Shown here: positions 1-10,389 of the stretch, one piece after another
Layout: each line of letters begins with the position of its first letter
Position numbering within the stretch: position 1 is the stretch's first letter
IMG/VR virus record: IMGVR_UViG_3300035685_000002
Location: 39,061 to 103,060 of that record
DNA length: 64,000 bases
From: a virus
Taxonomy: Duplodnaviria > Caudoviricetes
Direction: 5' to 3' (one strand)
Notes under the pieces: generated by a model
Seen by the model: only the letters and a program-made list of their open reading frames with translations
Told to the model about the DNA's origin: nothing
Databases searched by the model: none
Made by a program: the position numbers and the translations under genes

Positions 1-1
1 A

Positions 2-3000
2 GCTGCTGGGGTTACTACAGCAACCACTGCGGTATGGGCATTTGTCTCGCCGTGGGTAATTGCTGTATCCACAGCTCTGGCACCTTTCCTGCCTGTAATT
101 CTGGGTGTGATTGGTGCCGTGGCGTTGTTCGGAGTAATTTGGAGAACAAATCTGTTCGGGTTGGGATCGGCTATTAAACCTTTATTAGACTTTAGTATCG
201 GGCTGCTCAAAATCGTTGGTGCTGCCATCTATGTCGTATCTGGGCTTTTCCTGGTTATTACTGCTGTTAAGTTGGCTGGAATGGTACTCAGGAATGTCTT
301 TGGTCTAATTGGTAGCACAATTCACCAAACCCAGAAAACAGTTGCTGGATCTTGGTTTGGTGATTTCTTATCGAAATTAGCAGCTCCCTTTAAATTTGCC
401 TGGAATGCGCTAAACACCCTTGCTGATGGAATTTTGGGGATTGGGAGGGGAGGGCAAATAGTTAATGAAATACTTGAGGATATTGCCAAGCATCCCGTCC
501 GGTTCCTGCAAACATCGTTCATGGCTATCAACTGGCTTGTCAAATCCCTTATTAAACCTTTATTACTCCTCACGACAGGTGCCTGGGGATTGGCTAAAGC
601 ATTCGGAGGCGGAGTGGTAGGAGCGATATCTTCTATCTCTGGTCTTCTTGGTGGTGTTATTAATGCCCTAGAAGCTTTGTGGACAAGTGTTGCCAGCTTC
701 TTGCAGTCTGCATTCCAAAACACTCTTAATTATTTTGGACAGATTGATTGGGTAGCAGTATCCACTGGAGCCACGGATGCCCTGACAGGAATTGGGATGG
801 CAATCCTCCAGCCATTTGTCTGGGTCTATAACCAGATTGATGCGATCGCTAAAAAGTCCACAGAAGTTTTTGATGCACTGGGAGCCAAACTTTCCAAAAT
901 TCCTGTTGTTGGGCTAGCGTTTCAAAAGGGTTTAACACCTCCCCCTACAACAGAGGCTGCACAATCTCCTTTAGTTGCAGAAGCTGCAATTCCCAGCCTC
1001 ATTCAACAAACACCTACCGGAGCAGCGATATCATCGCCAGTAGTTGATGCTCAATCTCCATTAGCAGCTGCTTCTGGACAGGTGCAACAAGCATGGACTG
1101 GTTTTGGTTCTTGGTTTGGCTCATTTATGCAGAACCTGCCCGAAGATGCACAAATTGCTGGTCAAGGACTCATCTCTGCATTAAACTGCTGGCCCACGGT
1201 TGTGATTCCCCAGTCTTGGGAAAGAGCAGCTGGAGAAATTGGCGGGAGTCTGACTGGGTTAACTCAAGAAGCTGTAACTCGCGGGGAAGAGATTGCTCAG
1301 GGTATGCAACAGGCTATTGAACCCTCCCTTTTAGGTGTCTTCCAGAAAGTAAAACTTTTGAGGCAGGGATTTGACATGAAAGGTGTCCAGATGATTCTGG
1401 GTGAAGAATCTCTGGGCGACCAGTTGTCCAAACTCCAAGGCGCAACCATTGATTTCAGAAGATCTTTTGTTAATGCATTGCTCCACTTGGACTTCTCAGC
1501 CGCAGGTGAATCCCTGGCAACCTATGGGAGAGCGTGGCTATCTACAGGTAGCGGAATACTGGGGACGGTTAAGAGCATGACCAGCTCGATGATTGCGTTT
1601 GGGATCTATTCCTTGCTGGGACTCAATCCACTGTTGCTGGTTATGGGTGGGATTGCATTGGCGGGATTGGCGATCGCATTCAACTTCCTAGGAATTCGCA
1701 CGATACTTGGTGGATTAATTGGGGTTATTAAAGGTTTATTAGGTGTTTTTGTTTCGACGATTAAGTTTGCCGTTAATTTAGGACGAGCAATTGGCACTAT
1801 CTGGCAAGGCATTCAGTTGATGGATTTCGACATGATCAAGGTCGGAGCTGTCAATGCTTTTAGCGCAATAACCGGATATGTCAAGGATTTGTGGCAGTCT
1901 TTGAGTCAAGGACTAGGTGGGGTACTTCAGGTATTACGCGGACTATTTGAGGGACTAGGACAAGTTGGTGGAGGGGTATTGAGCCTATTTGGAATGAAGG
2001 GAACGTGGGTTTCTGATGTATTTGGACGGATATTCTCGTTTGTAGGTAATCTTGCTAGTGCTTTTATTTCTATGGTGACCCGCCCGCAACAGGCATGGAC
2101 GAGATTTAAAGAGTTACTTGACTCAATACTTGAAAAAGTCCAGCAAGTATTAGGTAAAGCGAAAGATGTGGCAACAAACGCTATGGAGGGAGTAAAAAGT
2201 TCTCCGCTGGGTCAAAGCGTTCGGATTGTTAAGAAAGTAGTCACTGGAGAATCAAGTTCAATTGGAGATGCAGTTGACCAGGTTCGATTTGAAGAACGTC
2301 TCAAGGGGAAGGAGCCTGGACTCAATCTTGGTGAACAAGTTACAGCAGCCAAAATAAATGCAAAGAAACGATTTGATAATGCCGTTGCTTTTACCGGGGG
2401 GCTGTTTAGGAGAAGGTCAAAAGATGAAGACTTGGTTGCGCCAGTTAATAGCTCTAGTCAGAATAATACTCCGCAAGTACCCAAACTTGGAACTGCTGGA
2501 AATCCAATAAAAATTGATCAAAACTTCCCTATTATACCCCCGGTTAAAATAGATACTCCAGATATCGATCCGCTCAATGATACCGACATTCCCCAAAAAT
2601 CAACTAGTAGGATTCAGAAATTATCAGCCGCATCAGATTCTACAAGCAATGCTGTTTCCTCGCTTGGTACAGTAGTCGGAGCATTTTCCCCTCAGTTAGC
2701 TGCTCCTCTCTATGTTGCAACATCTTTATTGTCCGCTGTAAATAATCTTGGTGATGTAGCAACAAGTTCCAAAGAAGCGCTCGCGGGATTTGCGGATGCC
2801 TTCCCCGGACTTGGTAAAAGCATGAGTGAAATGGGGCAAAGGGCCAGGGATATTTACTCAGGATTCACTTCTTGGGTTGGGGGAGCTTCTATATTTGAAA
2901 AGGCATCGGGATTGATGGCAGGAGCGAATCAGTTTCTGTCTTCTAAGTTCGAGGGAGTCACTTCGTCAGCCCAAAAGCTTTGGAGACAGGTCGTTGTGAA

Positions 3001-5524
3001 TTATCAAGCTTTCGGAGCATACGACACTGCCTCAATGCTCATGTCGAAGACTAGTAGCTTTTTGTCCTCTAGATTCGAGGGAGTTACTTCGTCAGCTCAA
3101 AAGCTTTGGAGACAGGTCGTTGTAAACTATCAAGCTTTCGGAGTATACGACACTGGTTCGATGCTTATGTCAAGGGCTAACAGCTTTCTGTCTTCTAGTT
3201 TTGATTCCCTAAAGGCTTTTGTAGCACAAGCCTGGACTAAAGTTGCCTCATTTTATGAAGGAACACCATTAGCCGCTACTGCATCTAAGGTTATTGGAGC
3301 GGCTAACGAATTTATTTCAACTACATTTAGCAACCTCAAGTCATTCGCAAGCATGGCTTGGCAAGAGCTGGTAGCAGGATATGAGAAGAGTGGATTAGCT
3401 GCTAGTGTTTCTAAGATTATTGGAGCAGCCAATGAATTTATTGCCAATACGTTTGGACCAGTCAAAGAATTTGCTACCAATGCTTGGCAGGCAATTGTCA
3501 AAGCATATCAAGATAGTGGATTGGCGGCTGGGGTTTCTAAAATTATCGGTGCGGCAAATGAATTTATATCTTCTACATTCAACTCTGTTAAGCAATTCGC
3601 GATAAAGGCTTGGCAAGCAATAGTTACGACTTATCAAGAGGGCGGCGTAGCCGCAGTTGGTTCCAGGGTTATCGCTGCCGCTAATGAATTTATATCAACT
3701 AGCTTTGCCAAAGTAAAAGAATTTGCTGTTCAGGCATGGACGAGCATCGTTGCCACATACCAGAAAGGGGGGCTTGCCGCTGTTTGGGCGAAATTGATGG
3801 GTGGTGCCAATGAATTCATATCAAGTAGCTTTGCCAAGGTCAAGGCATTTGCAGTTCAAGCCTGGGCTGGCGTAGTAGCTTCGTATGAGGGCAGCGCCCT
3901 AGCGGCAATGCTATCCAATACCATTTCTAGAGCCAACGAGTTTATTTCAACCAGTTTCGCCAAGGTGAAAGAATTTGCGCTAAAAGCCTGGGCGACGATG
4001 GTCGCTACCTACCAGGAAGGGGGGATAGCTGCGGTTGGCTCTAAAATTATTGCGGTTGCCAACGAATTCATTTCAAGTAGCTTCGCCAAGGTAAAAGCAT
4101 TTGCCATTCAAGCTTGGGCAAGTATTGTTGCAACGTATCAACAAGGTGGATTTGCTGCTATAGGTTCAAAAATTATTGCGGCTGCCAATACGCTTATATC
4201 AACCAGTTTCGCTGGGCTAAAGAACTTTGCCTCTCAGGCTTGGCAATCAATTGTGTTGGGGTATCAACAAGGGAATATTGCAGCGATCGCGTCCAGCGCT
4301 ATTGCCAGAGCCAACCAGCTGTTATCTGGTTCATTTGGTTCACTAAAGGACTTTGCTGGTAATGCTTGGGGTGAAATTGTTGGAGGATACAAACAGGGGC
4401 TTATAGCTACTCAAGCTCAAATTGCGCAAAAAGCAGCAGCAGCAGCTGCTGCTGCGACACAGGCAGCTGTCGAAGTTCCTGCGAATGCTGCGATCGCTGC
4501 CAGTGAGCAAGGTGTAGCTGTTGCAGCTTCTGTTGCTGGTACGGCACAAGTTCAATCGTCGGTTGCAGGAAGTGCGGCGGCGACTACAGGGGCTGGTGTA
4601 GTTGCGAGTGCGAATACGGTAATGTCTAGTTCATTTGCCCGGTTAGGCATGGCAGCCTCTAAAGCCTGGGCGTTTATCGTTGGACCACTGCTACCTATAA
4701 TAGTGATTGTTGGCGCACTCGCCTTAGTTATTGGTAGCGTCTATTTTGCATTCAAGTCCAACTTCCTGGGTTTTGGTTCGCTACTTAAAACGTTCTGGAA
4801 GTCACTGCAACAGCTAGGGAAGAGTTTGGCTACGTTATTCTCTCCCTTGATGCCGCTGTTTAAGCTGGTTGGTGGATTGATACTCCTAGTAATAGTAGGA
4901 CCAATAATGCTGGTGGTTGGAGCCTTAACTCTAGCAGTTATGGCAATTAATGCACTGGTTCAGGGAGTGATTGCGATCGCCTCAACTGCATTTAATTTCC
5001 TCTGGGGACTAATTCCACAACCGTTGAGATGGTTGATTGAGCAAGCATCTAAGGGAATTGAATTTGCAGTAAATGCCTTGTTTGGTGGAAACAAGGGTGG
5101 AGACCAAGCAACTGAAGACCTTCCGCATTTTGCAACAGGTGGTCCTGTTTCCGCAGGAAGTCCAGGTGGTTCTGTTGCTGCGATTTTGCATGATAACGAG
5201 TTTGTAATGAACCCGGATGCGACTCGTGAGAATTATGGACTATTGCAGCTCCTTAACAGTGGGGTGCCAGCTGAAGATGCGATTCGGATGATACCCACTA
5301 CACCTCCAGCTCCTGTAGCCCTACCTATGGGAACTGGAGGTGGTGGTACTGTTAGCACAACTCAGCCCCCTAATATTGAGTTAAGTATTACCTTTAGTGG
5401 GGATATTGTTTTAGGTGGGTCAAGCAGTCAGGAGAGTGCTAGGGAGTTTATGGATATGATTGGTCCTGAGATTGAGCAGTTAGTAGTAGAGGCAATGCGA
5501 CAGCGAGGTGAATTTTCTAGATAA
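2..5524 (+). CDS. Phage tail tape measure protein (5'-truncated by window)
   Basis: Frame is open from position 2. Ala/Gly-rich amphipathic helices with periodic W/F, 12 x 42-aa repeats, and a typical C-terminal FATGG...LHDNEFV motif. Confidence 0.9.
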   Translation, partial: AAGVTTATTAVWAFVSPWVIAVSTALAPFLPVILGVIGAVALFGVIWRTNLFGLGSAIKPLLDFSIGLLKIVGAAIYVVSGLFLVITAVKLAGMVLRNVFGLIGSTIHQTQKTVAGSWFGDFLSKLAAPFKFAWNALNTLADGILGIGRGGQIVNEILEDIAKHPVRFLQTSFMAINWLVKSLIKPLLLLTTGAWGLAKAFGGGVVGAISSISGLLGGVINALEALWTSVASFLQSAFQNTLNYFGQIDWVAVSTGATDALTGIGMAILQPFVWVYNQIDAIAKKSTEVFDALGAKLSKIPVVGLAFQKGLTPPPTTEAAQSPLVAEAAIPSLIQQTPTGAAISSPVVDAQSPLAAASGQVQQAWTGFGSWFGSFMQNLPEDAQIAGQGLISALNCWPTVVIPQSWERAAGEIGGSLTGLTQEAVTRGEEIAQGMQQAIEPSLLGVFQKVKLLRQGFDMKGVQMILGEESLGDQLSKLQGATIDFRRSFVNALLHLDFSAAGESLATYGRAWLSTGSGILGTVKSMTSSMIAFGIYSLLGLNPLLLVMGGIALAGLAIAFNFLGIRTILGGLIGVIKGLLGVFVSTIKFAVNLGRAIGTIWQGIQLMDFDMIKVGAVNAFSAITGYVKDLWQSLSQGLGGVLQVLRGLFEGLGQVGGGVLSLFGMKGTWVSDVFGRIFSFVGNLASAFISMVTRPQQAWTRFKELLDSILEKVQQVLGKAKDVATNAMEGVKSSPLGQSVRIVKKVVTGESSSIGDAVDQVRFEERLKGKEPGLNLGEQVTAAKINAKKRFDNAVAFTGGLFRRRSKDEDLVAPVNSSSQNNTPQVPKLGTAGNPIKIDQNFPIIPPVKIDTPDIDPLNDTDIPQKSTSRIQKLSAASDSTSNAVSSLGTVVGAFSPQLAAPLYVATSLLSAVNNLGDVATSSKEALAGFADAFPGLGKSMSEMGQRARDIYSGFTSWVGGASIFEKASGLMAGANQFLSSKFEGVTSSAQKLWRQVVVNYQAFGAYDTASMLMSKTSSFLSSRFEGVTSSAQKLWRQVVVNYQAFGVYDTGSMLMSRANSFLSSSFDSLKAFVAQAWTKVASFYEGTPLAATASKVIGAANEFISTTFSNLKSFASMAWQELVAGYEKSGLAASVSKIIGAANEFIANTFGPVKEFATNAWQAIVKAYQDSGLAAGVSKIIGAANEFISSTFNSVKQFAIKAWQAIVTTYQEGGVAAVGSRVIAAANEFISTSFAKVKEFAVQAWTSIVATYQKGGLAAVWAKLMGGANEFISSSFAKVKAFAVQAWAGVVASYEGSALAAMLSNTISRANEFISTSFAKVKEFALKAWATMVATYQEGGIAAVGSKIIAVANEFISSSFAKVKAFAIQAWASIVATYQQGGFAAIGSKIIAAANTLISTSFAGLKNFASQAWQSIVLGYQQGNIAAIASSAIARANQLLSGSFGSLKDFAGNAWGEIVGGYKQGLIATQAQIAQKAAAAAAAATQAAVEVPANAAIAASEQGVAVAASVAGTAQVQSSVAGSAAATTGAGVVASANTVMSSSFARLGMAASKAWAFIVGPLLPIIVIVGALALVIGSVYFAFKSNFLGFGSLLKTFWKSLQQLGKSLATLFSPLMPLFKLVGGLILLVIVGPIMLVVGALTLAVMAINALVQGVIAIASTAFNFLWGLIPQPLRWLIEQASKGIEFAVNALFGGNKGGDQATEDLPHFATGGPVSAGSPGGSVAAILHDNEFVMNPDATRENYGLLQLLNSGVPAEDAIRMIPTTPPAPVALPMGTGGGGTVSTTQPPNIELSITFSGDIVLGGSSSQESAREFMDMIGPEIEQLVVEAMRQRGEFSR
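2924..4400 (+). repeat. About 12 tandem 126-bp (42-aa) repeats in the tape measure gene
   Basis: Units of the form ANEFISxxFxxxKxFAxxAWxxxVxxY. The first two units (starting 2933 and 3059) are near-identical at DNA level. Confidence 0.85.
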
Positions 5525-5536
5525 TAAAGGTTTATT

Positions 5537-6823
5537 ATGGTGAGTTTTGGAACAGAGAAGACTCTCCTAGCACTTGCTCAGGTAGAGTTATTGCAAGCTG
5601 CATTTGAATGGGATAAACAAAATTCCTGGGTGAAGAGGACAAGGGATGGTCGATTTGGATCAGGCTCTTCTCAATCTATCTTGGCTCCCAAAGATCGGGT
5701 TACCGATAATCCTGGTGTTAGAGAATCTCTATCTAAAGTTGGAATAAGTCCTGATGAAGTCGCGATCGCCCTTGAACGGCTAGAATCTCGCCCCAAGGAT
5801 TTTAGTCCAATTTATTCCATGATCTTGCTGCCATTTCAAAGAGAATATTTAGCCTCTAGAAATTTAAAACAGCAGGATCTGGAAAGATTTGATAGAAGGA
5901 TAAGAGAAGTAAATAAAATTGTCGCACAAGGAAATTGGGAGAACAGTAAGGACTTAGCGTGGAGAGTGGGAGCTATAAAGGCTGAGGTTAAATATGGAGA
6001 TCTGATTAACGACCTGGTAGACATATCCCTACCAGCAGAAGGCAGGTCTGGACTTAAACCACTTTTAGATATTTTTAAGGATAATACTGCTTACAAAAAG
6101 CTACTTAAACGATTAAACAAAAAAACACAGTCTAATGCAATACGACAAGTTAGTTCAGAAGAAGCCAAGGCTATTCAAGATTTGTTTCGCAAAGTTCAGG
6201 ATGTCACTCCTATAGAACAACGTATGACTGGAATTGTGGAAATACCAGAAGATCGCCGAGATAGTTTAATCAAAACCGCAGTAAAACCAGGTAAAGCTTT
6301 TCAGGAACTCGTCTATCCAAAGTTAGATGCAATTCTTGACGCTTTGATGGAAAGAGGATTTACAACAAGTTCTGCTGAACTGAGGAAGGAGGCAGATAAG
6401 ATGGGTTTCTCCGTAGACCCGGCTCTAGAGAAAGATTTTAGATACATCAATGTAGGTAATTACAAAGGACAAGCTGTCAAGTTTGTCATGGATCATGAAC
6501 TAGGACATCAGTTGGAAATACAACTCAAACAAGTTGAGACATCTAAGCGGTTTATTGATGCTAGAGCCACTTCCCCTTTTCTGCAAGATTTGAAAGAATA
6601 TGGTATGCCTGGGGAAAAGGTAAGACCAGATAACTTTTCTCATCCTTATACAGGAAAGGTTTACGACACAGATGCAACAGAGGTCGTATCAACTGCCACC
6701 CAGGCACTCGTTAGTCCTATGGTTCTCTCAGTGCAAAGCTACTTAGATAGGGAGCATATTATGTATGGACTATCCGTCATGGACATGAAAGAAGGTGATC
6801 GCTTTCCGGGAGGTGAAAAGTGA
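5537..6823 (+). CDS. Putative virion-packaged zincin metallopeptidase
   Basis: HELGH (HExxH) motif followed by PYTGKVY...TEVVS. N-terminal AAFEWDKxNSWVxR..GxF motif shared with ORF 7695. Confidence 0.6.
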   Translation: MVSFGTEKTLLALAQVELLQAAFEWDKQNSWVKRTRDGRFGSGSSQSILAPKDRVTDNPGVRESLSKVGISPDEVAIALERLESRPKDFSPIYSMILLPFQREYLASRNLKQQDLERFDRRIREVNKIVAQGNWENSKDLAWRVGAIKAEVKYGDLINDLVDISLPAEGRSGLKPLLDIFKDNTAYKKLLKRLNKKTQSNAIRQVSSEEAKAIQDLFRKVQDVTPIEQRMTGIVEIPEDRRDSLIKTAVKPGKAFQELVYPKLDAILDALMERGFTTSSAELRKEADKMGFSVDPALEKDFRYINVGNYKGQAVKFVMDHELGHQLEIQLKQVETSKRFIDARATSPFLQDLKEYGMPGEKVRPDNFSHPYTGKVYDTDATEVVSTATQALVSPMVLSVQSYLDREHIMYGLSVMDMKEGDRFPGGEK

Positions 6824-7161
6824 TAATCGCAAAAATATTTAAAGAGAATTTTGCTGTATGCAATATAGGATTAATTCCAGCAGATAGGCGGTTGACAGCT
6901 CTTTCTAGCCAGATCTGTGACACAACAATTGAAGTACTAAGTGATCGCTTGTTTGATGAGTTGCTTTGTTATTTACTATTTGTTCGCGATCGCAAAAATT
7001 TCCCTATTGTAATGATGGAGGGTAATAGCTTCGAGTTTATTTCCACAACTTACAACGATCTGGTCTTTGTACTTAATACGTTGCCTTCCGACTATCGCTA
7101 CGAAGTAAGTGGTGATGTGATGATTGTAGACGACCCACTTCCTAGATGGGCAATACACTGA
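6820..7161 (+). CDS. Hypothetical protein, translationally coupled to the peptidase
   Basis: GTGA start/stop overlap; 113 aa. Confidence 0.6.
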   Translation: MIIAKIFKENFAVCNIGLIPADRRLTALSSQICDTTIEVLSDRLFDELLCYLLFVRDRKNFPIVMMEGNSFEFISTTYNDLVFVLNTLPSDYRYEVSGDVMIVDDPLPRWAIH

Positions 7162-7682
7162 TGGAATTGAAATACGAGTCAGATTGGGGCAAGCTGTTTG
7201 ATAGGCTCAACAAGCTTGAGGCGAATGTAAAGTCAGTCGGCGAGAGTATCTGTCAAGATGCTGTCCAGAACATGGATGATCTGTGTCGCGATCACCTCGC
7301 AAGCCAAGGACGGGGAGGAGCTACCCCACCATTGACGGCAATGACAAAGCATATTTACTCGATTGATGGTGAACCGGATGGTAGCGGTATCCGGAACCAC
7401 ATGGAGGTCAAAACCGGTTGGGCGGGTAATGAGTATACAGCTGTGCTGGGAATCCTGGACGGAAAGCCTACTATTGTTGCCAAGGTGCAAAATGACGGAT
7501 GCATTATTGATATCACTCCGGCTATGCGAGGGTACTTCGCAGCTCGCTACGGGATTTTCTTTAAGGCGGACAAGAAGTACCTGGTGGTTCCAGGGCGCAG
7601 GTTTTGGGACGAATCTTGGGAAAAGACTAGGAGTGAGACAATAAAGGAACTGTCTAGTTTTTTCCGTAACGTCCTAGGGTAA
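7161..7682 (+). CDS. Phage virion morphogenesis / tail completion protein (HK97 gp10 / Mu gpG-like)
   Basis: PPL..T...G, QN.GC.I..T..MR and C-terminal VP.RRF pattern; TGATG coupling to the previous gene. Confidence 0.55.
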   Translation: MELKYESDWGKLFDRLNKLEANVKSVGESICQDAVQNMDDLCRDHLASQGRGGATPPLTAMTKHIYSIDGEPDGSGIRNHMEVKTGWAGNEYTAVLGILDGKPTIVAKVQNDGCIIDITPAMRGYFAARYGIFFKADKKYLVVPGRRFWDESWEKTRSETIKELSSFFRNVLG

Positions 7683-7694
7683 TAAAGGTTTATT

Positions 7695-8468
7695 ATGAGT
7701 AATCCGATTGATTCGGTATTCAAATCCTATCAACTGCAAATTCTATGTGAAGGTGCTGCTTTTGAATGGGACAAGAAAAACTCTTGGGTAAATCGAGGAG
7801 AGGGAGGAAAATTTGCAAAGTCTGCCGGGAGTAGTACTGAGGATGCTGACAAGGAATCCACTTCTGGTGCTAAGGATAAGATATTTAAGTCGGTGAGCGC
7901 AAAAGTTGATCAGATAGCAGGTGCGCTCGACAAGTTGCCAGAGAGCGATCTCCAAAAAATCTCCCAAGCAATCAATAGTCCCAATATGCAGAAAGCACGG
8001 GTAGCGGCGCGGGCTAAATTCGATGCAATCGGCAAAGAGGCGGGAGAGGCATATTCAATGGCTAATGCTCAGATGGCTCCCGTTTTTCAGAAGCATGGGA
8101 GCGATTTTAAGAAAGCCGTTGCGGAAGCGAAACGGATTGCCAAGGGAATTGTAGATACCACCAAGGAGAATCCTGAGCTTGTTGTAGCTGGAGCGATGGG
8201 AGCTATTTTGGCAACTGTTGGTACGGGGGGTGCGATCGCATTCTTCACTATCCCTAACTTATTTGGATTAGGTGGGGTTTACGGTGGAATCGCGGCAATG
8301 GTAGGACAGCAAAGTGTTAGTCAGGTAGTATCTGCTTTTGCATTAGGCGGGCTTTCTCAGATTTCGTTTGGTGTAAGCATAGATTTAATAGCAGGTGGGC
8401 TAGCTCTCATGGTGAGCGATGCCGCTATTCTTGGGGATGCGGTTTCACAGAAATTGAAGAAAAAGTGA
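7695..8468 (+). CDS. Putative virion-packaged protein with C-terminal hydrophobic helices
   Basis: Shares the N-terminal AAFEWDKKNSWVNR..GKF motif with ORF 5537; Gly/Ala-rich TM-like C-terminus. Confidence 0.55.
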   Translation: MSNPIDSVFKSYQLQILCEGAAFEWDKKNSWVNRGEGGKFAKSAGSSTEDADKESTSGAKDKIFKSVSAKVDQIAGALDKLPESDLQKISQAINSPNMQKARVAARAKFDAIGKEAGEAYSMANAQMAPVFQKHGSDFKKAVAEAKRIAKGIVDTTKENPELVVAGAMGAILATVGTGGAIAFFTIPNLFGLGGVYGGIAAMVGQQSVSQVVSAFALGGLSQISFGVSIDLIAGGLALMVSDAAILGDAVSQKLKKK

Positions 8469-8677
8469 TGAATCGTGATCGCCACCCTTATCTCTCTAAT
8501 TGGTATATGTTTCGTGCGCCCGGAACAATGTGCCTTAATTGTGGCGAGAAGCTCAAGAGTCATCCCCGTCGCTGGGTCTGGGTTTACGGCTGTAATGGGA
8601 TGTTCTTAGGATACGTGCATGGATATTCTTGCTACGTGGAAGATGATAATGATGATACGGAGTATCAGAAAACCTAA
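8465..8677 (+). CDS. Small hypothetical protein (CxxC)
   Basis: Overlaps both neighbours; CLNC motif. Confidence 0.5.
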   Translation: MMNRDRHPYLSNWYMFRAPGTMCLNCGEKLKSHPRRWVWVYGCNGMFLGYVHGYSCYVEDDNDDTEYQKT

Positions 8678-9636
8678 TGTTTTTTGTTATCTACGAGGCT
8701 CAGTCAGGGCAGCTATTAAATCCTAAGTTGCAGTTCCGCTGGGAGGGGTTTCAGATAGTCCCAAGTGAGAAGGGAGCTGTTGTGGATATTTCGGCTGCTG
8801 ATGACAGGCAGTTATTAGGACTCTCTCCAGATGAAGTCAGGGCAATTCTGCCTACGATTAATGGGGCTATTACGTTTACCATCAAGTCACCACATCCCGA
8901 TCCGAGGATACATATCGGCTGCTGGTTGATTGGTAATTTGCGAAAGTACTTAATCGATTTTGCGCTACCCTCAGCATTGCTTAGACCCGTGATTCTGCAA
9001 AGACGAGTAGAGCCGATGTCTGACCGAGTTAGAATTCCCGCGCCGGGGGGAGTGATACCGGAACAAATCGAGGCTGGGGTTGAGGTTATGCAGATACCTA
9101 GTGGGAAACATATTAAAGGTTTATTAAGGGGGAGTGAGATCTTTTTAAATAGTCCGATGCAAGACGATGAGGGATATTTGGTTTTTAAGTACACGCCTGT
9201 TTTGGAAAAAAATAATCAAATCTCTCAAGTGCCTTGTTTTATGGTGAGGGGTGGTAAGAATATAAACCATCGAAGGATAAACGCAAAAGAGTATTTACCT
9301 GGGCTGAAATGGGAAGTGTTGTCTCAGGTAGATGTTGAAGCAGAGATTATGATAGTTGGCGCGTCAGAAACGGATGCGCAAAAGATTGCAGAATCTGCCG
9401 TAGGATTTTTGGGTTCTAGAGGATACATAGATGCTCCAGCTTTTGATTTACAGATCGCCGTTTCGGTACTAGGAACGATTCAAGAAGGTCCGATGCGGGT
9501 GGGAGAGTCGCCAGGGATTGAGGGCTTGTCGGCGCTGACATTTCGGGTTAGGTTGTTGAACTTGATTCAGAGTACGACCGCTGAGAGGGTTGATCTGAGG
9601 ACGGACTGGGAGATTCAGGCTAGATCGAATGTTTAG
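8677..9636 (+). CDS. Hypothetical protein, possibly a tail terminator/neck structural protein
   Basis: 319-aa ORF at the end of the tape measure operon; function inferred from context only. Confidence 0.45.
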   Translation: MFFVIYEAQSGQLLNPKLQFRWEGFQIVPSEKGAVVDISAADDRQLLGLSPDEVRAILPTINGAITFTIKSPHPDPRIHIGCWLIGNLRKYLIDFALPSALLRPVILQRRVEPMSDRVRIPAPGGVIPEQIEAGVEVMQIPSGKHIKGLLRGSEIFLNSPMQDDEGYLVFKYTPVLEKNNQISQVPCFMVRGGKNINHRRINAKEYLPGLKWEVLSQVDVEAEIMIVGASETDAQKIAESAVGFLGSRGYIDAPAFDLQIAVSVLGTIQEGPMRVGESPGIEGLSALTFRVRLLNLIQSTTAERVDLRTDWEIQARSNV

Positions 9637-9711
9637 CAAAATGCAGAAGCCTTGATGTTTATTACACAGATTTGTGATAAAATAATGTAGTAAACATCAA
9701 ACATCAAAAGT

Positions 9712-10335
9712 ATGTCTTCAACTAATTTGGCAAAAGAGGCTGGCTTAGTAAGCAATGTTAATCCAGAAACGGGAATCCGGTATGGGGTGATATCTGCACA
9801 TAGTGTGCCTTGGCTACAAGATGAGATTATTACTCATGGAGAGTCTATTACTTATCGGAATTACGTTAGCGAATTGCAAGATCGCATTCGCTATGCACCT
9901 ACCCAAGAGGATGGCAACTTGAGCGATGTTCTTGAGGATTACTATTTAGGCGATCGCGCTAAGGATGACATCTTAGAATCTGCCCAAGAGCATGAAGGTG
10001 CCTGGACGGAGGAGGATATCGAGGAGCTTACGCAAAGCGTTTTAGATGCTATTTCTTGTCTAGAGTTCGATGAAGAAGAATACGAGTATGAAGATGAGGA
10101 GTCTCGCTTTTTACTTGGATTCCTCGGTGGTGGACCAATGATCTGGGTACTCAAATCACCCGTGATAACGAATGTTCGCCTGTGTTCCCCCTGTGCTCCC
10201 GGTGCTGGAGATTTAGATTCTCCAGATGATGATGGATACGCATGCTATGCGGTATCAGAAGAGTGGTTCGATGAGGACAATCCCTGTCCCTATCCCACTT
10301 GGGCAGCAATAGAGGCAGAAGTGATCAATATTTAA
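9712..10335 (+). CDS. Acidic hypothetical protein (accessory cassette)
   Basis: Promoter motif at 9673-9696; terminator at 10337-10369; D/E-rich. Confidence 0.75.
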   Translation: MSSTNLAKEAGLVSNVNPETGIRYGVISAHSVPWLQDEIITHGESITYRNYVSELQDRIRYAPTQEDGNLSDVLEDYYLGDRAKDDILESAQEHEGAWTEEDIEELTQSVLDAISCLEFDEEEYEYEDEESRFLLGFLGGGPMIWVLKSPVITNVRLCSPCAPGAGDLDSPDDDGYACYAVSEEWFDEDNPCPYPTWAAIEAEVINI

Positions 10336-10336
10336 C

Positions 10337-10369
10337 AAAAAGCCCCGCAGTTTATCTACGGGGCTTTTG
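10337..10369. terminator. Intrinsic terminator
   Basis: AAAAGCCCCG..CGGGGCTTTT hairpin. Confidence 0.75.
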
Positions 10370-10389
10370 CTTTTTAATAAAGGTTTATT

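Noticed and set aside
9673-9696. The promoter motif as an NtcA or CRP box
   Set aside because: No consistent GTA-N8-TAC or TGTGA-N6-TCACA symmetry. The motif is directional and fits an extended -10.
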